Source: Alkalispirochaeta sp. | GTDB taxonomy: Bacteria > Spirochaetota > Spirochaetia > DSM-27196 > Alkalispirochaetaceae | NCBI GenBank assembly: GCA_965601925.1 | Contig: OZ271854.1 | Coordinates: 1,408,001-1,472,000, forward strand | Reading direction: 5' to 3' | DNA: 64,000 bases | In this document: positions 58,414 to 64,000 of the stretch, in pieces | Layout: every line of letters begins with the position of its first letter | Numbering within the stretch: the stretch's first letter is position 1 | The notes under the pieces: generated by a model | What the model saw: only the letters and a program-made list of their open reading frames with translations | What the model was told of the DNA's origin: nothing | The model's database searches: none | Program-made: the position numbers and the translations under genes

Positions 58414-61122
58414 ATGAGTGTAAAACAGTTTGTCACATGGATTCTGCCGGCGGTCCTTCTGGTAGTATTCGGCCTTCTCGAGGTGCTCGGCGTCTTTCAG
58501 CCGTTGGAGCACGCGGTGTACGACACATGGCTTCACGTTAAGCCGGAAGTTGTGCAGCGCGAGGAGATTCTTTTTCTCGACGTAGACGACCTGGCGATAG
58601 AACAAGTGGGCGTGTGGCCGTGGTCGCGGGACATCATGGCGCGCGGACTCATCGTGCTGCGCGAGTTCGGGGCGGGACCGACGGTATTCGACATCGAGTA
58701 CGTCAACGATAGCCCTCTGGCCGTCGACGGGCGCCTCCTCCAGGAGGATATTCCCAACGCGATCGACCGCGAATTCGGCGAAGTCACCGGCAACTTCGAA
58801 GACTTGGTCGCCGCAATCGCCGCCGGGCAAATAGAGGCCCGTGAGGCGACCGCTTTTCTCGACGACCTGCAGAACCTTTCCGAGGTTGCTGAAGATCGAC
58901 TGTTGACCCGTGTCCAGGAGGTCGTACGCAATAACGACACATTGCTCGGAAACGCGGCTTCGGCGATGGGGAATGCGTGGTTCACCGTTACACTGTTGCC
59001 CGACACCGAGGAGCCCATCGAGCCGGAGCGTTTGGCGTTGGCCTCGGAGCGCGCGGCGCTTCGGGAGGTCGAGGGGGAAAACGCCCTCATTCCCGATGTC
59101 GAGGGGTTGCGCCCGGCGATATATCCCGTGCTCTCCGGCGGCCGCGGGGCGGGCTTTCCCAACGTCGTGGTGGACAGCGACGGAACACGACGTCGCATCG
59201 AGCTTCTCAGCCGTCACGATGGAGAGTGGTTCGGCCAGCTGGTATTTGCTCCTCTTCTCCATTGGCTCGGCTCCCCGGCCCTCGATGTAAGCCGGAATCG
59301 CATCGTGTTGCGCGATGCGGTGCTCCCCGGCGAGGACGAGCCGCGCGACGTGCGCATACCGCTGGCGGAGGACGGCTCGCTGCTTCTCAACTGGCCCAAA
59401 GGCGATTACCTCGAGAGCTTTCGCCATCTCACCTATTACGAGTTGGTGCACTACGAAAGCCTCATGGGCGATTTGGCGTTCAACCTCGAGTTGATGCAGG
59501 AGTCGGGGTATCTGCAGTATCACGACGGCCAAAGCAACCCGCTCCAAGCGTGGTATTACGCGGAGGGAATCGTTACCGACGCCTTGGAGACCGGGGACTA
59601 CACGTCCTTGACCGACTTGGCCTCGATTCGCGAGTTCTTCGTCTCCGAGTCGGGAGCGTTTCTCGACGGTTCCGCAGAGGACGCAATTCTCGGCGATATC
59701 GCGGCGGCGCTCGCCGACCCCGAGCTATCCCCGGAGGTTCGCGCGCTGTTCGAGGACCTCTCGGAGGATATTCCTTCGGCCTTCGCAAGCACGCGCGAAA
59801 TCCACCGTTCCCTCGTCGAGAGACGGACCAACCTTCTGGAGGCCGTTCCCGGATCGTTCATCATCATCGGCTATACGGGAACCGGTACGACCGATATCGG
59901 CGTGAATCCCTTCGTCAACGAGTACGCCAACGTCGGTACTCACGGAGCGGTGGTCAACACGATCATTACGGAACGTTTCATCGACGATCTACCGGTGTGG
60001 GTTTCGATCGTCATCGCCGCACTCTTCACGGCACTGTACGTGCTGGTGAGCCGTAAACGGTCGGCCACCGGATCGCTGGCCCTCGGTTTCGCGGGAGCCG
60101 GGACGGTCGTGGTCGGCTCGGCAGCCACGATGGTGGTCGCGCGCCTGTTTTTGCCCGTTATGGCGCCGGCGCTGACGGTCTTTCTCTCCGCGATCGGTCA
60201 AAGTCTATTCAAGTACATCGAGCTTGCGAAGGAGCGCAACTACATTCGCCACGCGTTCAACCACTATCTCAGCGCCGACGTGATCAATGAGATCATCGAC
60301 GATCCGAGTCGGCTCCGCCTCGGTGGAGAGAAGCGGGAGCTCACCGCGATGTTTACCGACGTTAAAGGATTCTCCACGATATCCGAATCGCTGGATCCCG
60401 AAGATCTGGTCAAACTCCTCAATCGCTATCTCTCGGAGATGAGCGATATCATCCTCCAGCTACGGGGTACGATCGATAAATACGAGGGCGACGCAATCAT
60501 CAGTTTTTTCGGCGCACCGGTCGCCTTTGCCGACCACGCGACGCGGGCGTGCAGCGCGGCGATACGGATGAAAAAGATCGAGCGCTATCTTAACGATCAC
60601 TTCCTCGAAGAGCAGCTCTCACCGAGCCCCTTGGCCACGAGAGTCGGCATCAACACCGGGGAGATGGTCGTGGGAAACATGGGCACGGCCAATCGGATGG
60701 ACTATACCATCATGGGCCACTCGGTGAACTTGGCGGCTCGCCTGGAAGGAGTCAATAAGCAGTACGGTACGTGGATCCTGACGAGCGAGCTGACCTACAA
60801 CGATACGCACGACGCGTTCGTGGCGCGTAAACTCGACCGGGTGCGGGTCGTTGGCGTGAATGAGCCGGTACGCCTCTATGAGCTCATCGACGAAACGGAT
60901 CAGGCGGTTAACGGCGAGAAAGAGATGGTCGACGAGTTTCACCACGGCCTCACGCTCTTTGAGGGGCGTGAGTGGGGCGAGGCGGGCGGCATATTCTCGC
61001 GAATCAACCGCGAGTTACCGAAAGACGGGCCGAGCCGCGTCTTTCTCGAACGGTGCGAACAGTTTCAGAAAGAGCCGCCGCCGGCGAATTGGGACGGCGT
61101 CTTCAACCTGACGCGGAAATGA
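58414..61122 (+). CDS. CHASE2-domain class III adenylate cyclase
   Basis: WPWSR, DSDG..RR, GTHG..VNTI and 3 TM helices; FTDVKGFS, DKYEGDA and GHSVNLAARLE; TPR-like tail. Confidence 0.93.
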   Translation: MSVKQFVTWILPAVLLVVFGLLEVLGVFQPLEHAVYDTWLHVKPEVVQREEILFLDVDDLAIEQVGVWPWSRDIMARGLIVLREFGAGPTVFDIEYVNDSPLAVDGRLLQEDIPNAIDREFGEVTGNFEDLVAAIAAGQIEAREATAFLDDLQNLSEVAEDRLLTRVQEVVRNNDTLLGNAASAMGNAWFTVTLLPDTEEPIEPERLALASERAALREVEGENALIPDVEGLRPAIYPVLSGGRGAGFPNVVVDSDGTRRRIELLSRHDGEWFGQLVFAPLLHWLGSPALDVSRNRIVLRDAVLPGEDEPRDVRIPLAEDGSLLLNWPKGDYLESFRHLTYYELVHYESLMGDLAFNLELMQESGYLQYHDGQSNPLQAWYYAEGIVTDALETGDYTSLTDLASIREFFVSESGAFLDGSAEDAILGDIAAALADPELSPEVRALFEDLSEDIPSAFASTREIHRSLVERRTNLLEAVPGSFIIIGYTGTGTTDIGVNPFVNEYANVGTHGAVVNTIITERFIDDLPVWVSIVIAALFTALYVLVSRKRSATGSLALGFAGAGTVVVGSAATMVVARLFLPVMAPALTVFLSAIGQSLFKYIELAKERNYIRHAFNHYLSADVINEIIDDPSRLRLGGEKRELTAMFTDVKGFSTISESLDPEDLVKLLNRYLSEMSDIILQLRGTIDKYEGDAIISFFGAPVAFADHATRACSAAIRMKKIERYLNDHFLEEQLSPSPLATRVGINTGEMVVGNMGTANRMDYTIMGHSVNLAARLEGVNKQYGTWILTSELTYNDTHDAFVARKLDRVRVVGVNEPVRLYELIDETDQAVNGEKEMVDEFHHGLTLFEGREWGEAGGIFSRINRELPKDGPSRVFLERCEQFQKEPPPANWDGVFNLTRK

Positions 61123-61136
61123 CGCTCACCAACCGG

Positions 61137-62057
61137 CTAGTCGCGTCGGCGGTGGGCGCTCAGGCGCATCTCGAGACGCCGCACGAACAGCGATAACGTG
61201 ACGGTCATGATGAGGTAGAGAAACGCGACGACGTTGTAGGTTTCAAAAAACCGGAATGTGCTGGTGGAATAGATTCTGCCCAACTGGGTGATATCCTGCA
61301 CGCCCAGGGCGCTCACCAGCGCGCTGTCCTTGATCATAGCCACAAACTCGTTTCCCATCGGCGGTAGCACGTTCCGAATCGCTTGGGGAAGAATGACGCT
61401 TCGCATGGCGCGCCAGCGGCTCATACCGAGGGCGTGCGCCGCCTCAAACTGGCCGCGGTGAATGCTCTCGATTCCGGCACGAATGATCTCGGAGATGAAG
61501 GCACTGTATCCGATCGTCAGAGCCAGAATCGCGCGCCACGTGAAGTCGAGTTCCCGCACCGTTATGGGTCGAGCGAGTCCCACCCACTGCAGTGGCGTGG
61601 AGATCGTATTAATCACGACGACGAACGCCGGCGCTCCGACAAAGGCGATATAGTACAAGATCACCAACATGGGAATGCCGCGGACGATCTCGACGTAAAA
61701 GGTGGCCGCCTCGCGCACGATGCGCTGCGTACTCACCCGCAGGAGCCCCACGAATAGGCCCAGCACGGTCGCCATGACGAAGGCTACGATCGAGACGTAG
61801 ATCGAGGTGAGAATACCGCGTGACACGGCGCGGAAGATAACGCGGTAGTCCTCCCGCCCCACGATATTCCAAGCAAAGACGACCGCGAAAACGATTGCCG
61901 CAAGTAACCACCACGGCAATCGTTGAAAGAGCCCGTTACCGACCGGAACGAGGTGGCCGCCCCGTCGGGTACGTACGGCTCCTCGGTCCGTCGGTTCGGG
62001 ATCGGTGTCGGACCGCGAGTACCGATCGTGCCCGCCGTCCGACTGAAAATGTGACAC
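61137..62057 (-). CDS. Polar amino acid ABC transporter permease
   Basis: [29 protein letters not shown] and KDSAL. Confidence 0.93.
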   Translation of the reverse strand: MSHFQSDGGHDRYSRSDTDPEPTDRGAVRTRRGGHLVPVGNGLFQRLPWWLLAAIVFAVVFAWNIVGREDYRVIFRAVSRGILTSIYVSIVAFVMATVLGLFVGLLRVSTQRIVREAATFYVEIVRGIPMLVILYYIAFVGAPAFVVVINTISTPLQWVGLARPITVRELDFTWRAILALTIGYSAFISEIIRAGIESIHRGQFEAAHALGMSRWRAMRSVILPQAIRNVLPPMGNEFVAMIKDSALVSALGVQDITQLGRIYSTSTFRFFETYNVVAFLYLIMTVTLSLFVRRLEMRLSAHRRRD

Positions 62058-62081
62058 CGTGGACTAATTCCTTCGCGTCAT

Positions 62082-62921
62082 TTACTCGACGTTGTACTCG
62101 TAGAACCAGTAGGTCTCGAGGTCAGCGAGAAACCCGTCTTCGGCCATTTCGGCGAGGGCGGCGTTGAACCCGTCCACCAGATCGGAGCCGGGCGTGAAGA
62201 TAAATCCGAAGTCCTCGGTACCGAGCGCGTCACCGACCACCTTGAGCCGATCGGGGTTGGCACCGATGTATCCGCGACTGCTCGCCGCGTCCATCAGGAC
62301 CGTATCGATATCACCGTTGATCAACGCCTGCACGACCGCACCGAAGCTGTCGAAAAGCCTGATGCGCGGATTACCCTCGTCGCCGTCGAGCACATCGTAT
62401 ACGGCGACGTAGAAATTCGTGGTACCCGGCAGGGCACCGATGATGAGGCTGTCGTCGGCGCCGAGCTCCTCGGGGGTGGAAAACCGTTCCTCGTCGGCGC
62501 GCACGAGCATGAACTGCTGGCTCACCAGGTACGACTCGGAGAAATCCACCTGCTCCGCCCGTTCGGCGGTGATGGTGATACCGTCCATTCCAACGTCGAA
62601 CTGTCCGCTCTGGACCGCCGGAATCATGGTGGCCCACGTGGTAAGCCTCCAATCGACGGCAAGATTGAGACGTCGTGCAATCTCGTTGGTCATGTCGTAC
62701 TCAAACCCGATCGATTCACCGGTCGCCGGATTGACCATGCTCAGCGGCGGGTAATCGTTACTGGTAACGGCGATAATCGTCCGTCCGCCGTAGTCGGGAA
62801 GCCCCGTCTCCGCATTGACACCGACGCCGGTCTCATCACTCTCGGACGCCCCACCGGCAAATACCGCCGCGGCGCAGAGCGCGAACAGCGCTACCAGGGA
62901 AAACAGTCGTATGCGCACCAT
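62082..62921 (-). CDS. Polar amino acid ABC substrate-binding protein
   Basis: YPP, GFEYD and GITITAERAEQVDFS; signal peptide ending VFAGG. Confidence 0.92.
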   Translation of the reverse strand: MVRIRLFSLVALFALCAAAVFAGGASESDETGVGVNAETGLPDYGGRTIIAVTSNDYPPLSMVNPATGESIGFEYDMTNEIARRLNLAVDWRLTTWATMIPAVQSGQFDVGMDGITITAERAEQVDFSESYLVSQQFMLVRADEERFSTPEELGADDSLIIGALPGTTNFYVAVYDVLDGDEGNPRIRLFDSFGAVVQALINGDIDTVLMDAASSRGYIGANPDRLKVVGDALGTEDFGFIFTPGSDLVDGFNAALAEMAEDGFLADLETYWFYEYNVE

Positions 62922-63005
62922 CGTTGGATACCTCCTTACCTTTTCTTACGAGATGAGGATAGTACTGCTACGGTCGCCGGACGGTCAAACCGGCCGGTCG
63001 CGCCG

Positions 63006-64000
63006 TTACTCCCCCTGGCCCAACGAGAAGCCGCGCTCGCCGTCGAAAAGGTACAGGTTTTCGGTCTTGATCACCTCGTACCCGCTCTCGTGCACCGCAT
63101 CCATAAGACGTGTGATATCGCCGTGTCGGATCGGCCGGTACTCCCCGGCCTCTCCGGTAACCGTCGCCTCATGAACGATACGGCACCGCCAGTGATCGGT
63201 GAGAAACGTCTCGGGAAATCCGCCGGGATATACCTTGACGCCGCGGTTGGTGATCATCTTCAGTTTGAGCGACGCGGCGGCGGCGAGGCGCGAAAGATCG
63301 TCCCCGATCACATTTGCGTCCATCGGCTCGCCGACCCAATCGACAAAGAGGTCCACTCCGACGAGTGTCTTGGTACCGCCGGGCCGTGTGTAGTCGCCGA
63401 TCCGAATACGCGTATCCTTGCTCGCATCGAGACTCCAGCGGCGCAACCGTTGCGGCGCGGAACCGAGACGCTCTATCACGGAGTCTGCAAACTCGTCGGT
63501 ACCGACCAGGTGAACGCTGTGCCCGGGACGATAGATGTCGGCGGTGTGCAAACCGTCCTCTATCGTGCGCAGCCATGCATTGTTGATCGTCTCGGCGACC
63601 TCGGGTCGGCCGACGTGCACCAACATCTGAAGGGCCGCATTGATGAGACCGCTGGGATTGGCGCTGTTCTTGCCGGCGATATCCGGCGCGGAGCCGTGGA
63701 TCGCCTCGAACATCGACACATCCGAGCCGATATTGGCGCTTCCGGCCATTCCCACCGACCCGCTCACCTCGGCCACGACGTCGGAGATAATGTCGCCGTA
63801 CAGATTGGGGGTGACGATAACGTCGTAGCGCTCGGGAGCGGTGGCGACCCGGGCGGTCCCGATATCGATGATCTGCTGGTTGGCCTCGATATCGGGGTAC
63901 TCCGCAGAGATTTCGTCGAACACGCGGTGAAAAAGTCCGTCGGTCACCTTCATGATGTTGTCCTTAATCATGCAGGTAATCTTCCGTCGATTGTATGTGC
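63006..64000 (-). CDS. icd: NADP-dependent isocitrate dehydrogenase (5' end outside the window)
   Basis: KDNIMK.TDGLF, NLYGDIISD, FEAIHGSAPDIAG and the C-terminal MITNRG.KV..DHWRCR extension. Confidence 0.9.
   Translation of the reverse strand, partial: TYNRRKITCMIKDNIMKVTDGLFHRVFDEISAEYPDIEANQQIIDIGTARVATAPERYDVIVTPNLYGDIISDVVAEVSGSVGMAGSANIGSDVSMFEAIHGSAPDIAGKNSANPSGLINAALQMLVHVGRPEVAETINNAWLRTIEDGLHTADIYRPGHSVHLVGTDEFADSVIERLGSAPQRLRRWSLDASKDTRIRIGDYTRPGGTKTLVGVDLFVDWVGEPMDANVIGDDLSRLAAAASLKLKMITNRGVKVYPGGFPETFLTDHWRCRIVHEATVTGEAGEYRPIRHGDITRLMDAVHESGYEVIKTENLYLFDGERGFSLGQGE

Noticed and set aside
3519..59547. Long antisense ORFs such as 3519-4541, 20151-21128, 27784-28830, 43344-44393, 47833-48873 and 58375-59547
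   Set aside because: They mirror well-supported genes on the opposite strand, as expected from codon bias in a high-GC genome
61137..62921. Amino-acid ABC system lacking an ATPase as a novel transporter
   Set aside because: Orphan SBP-permease pairs that share an ATPase encoded elsewhere are common

Overview
Gene-dense, GC-rich (roughly 60-65% by eye) bacterial chromosomal segment with about 58 credible CDS. I saw no rRNA, tRNA, CRISPR array, prophage or transposase. Solute-binding proteins with [FW]AGG-x-x(-x)-E signal peptides, a PG0541-like protein after an RND pump and a large CHASE2 cyclase suggest a free-living Spirochaetota; this is inference. Contents in order: (1) carbohydrate cluster A (SrlD-like SDR, class II aldolase, Opp-type ABC importer, beta-propeller glycosidase-like protein, atypical transaldolase); (2) an ECF sigma/anti-sigma locus; (3) carbohydrate cluster B (LsrB/RbsB-like ABC, LacI, DhaK/DhaL, xylose-isomerase-like enzyme, FGGY kinase, Rpe); (4) rlmE, CE7 esterase, rhomboid, RNHCP-rsgA, map, MFS, ASCH; (5) phnDCE with a Pho-box-like repeat; (6) a double-TetR RND operon; (7) class II RNR with an NrdR box; (8) an XRE operon, a CHASE2 adenylate cyclase, an amino-acid ABC pair and a partial icd. 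The strongest candidate for a new system is at 13807-18039. The same leaderless ECF-type promoter (TGCAACC-N12/13-TCGTGTC-N5-CTTGT-ATG) precedes both the B12-radical SAM/ECF sigma/anti-sigma operon and the convergent fatty-acid desaturase, which suggests a self-contained membrane-lipid remodelling regulon. Other highlights: a 16-aa leader-peptide attenuator before RNHCP-rsgA, a probable ATC start codon, 30-bp palindromic repeats inside a coding gene, two orphan structured RNAs and many leaderless promoters. All family calls come from motif recognition; no database searches were run.
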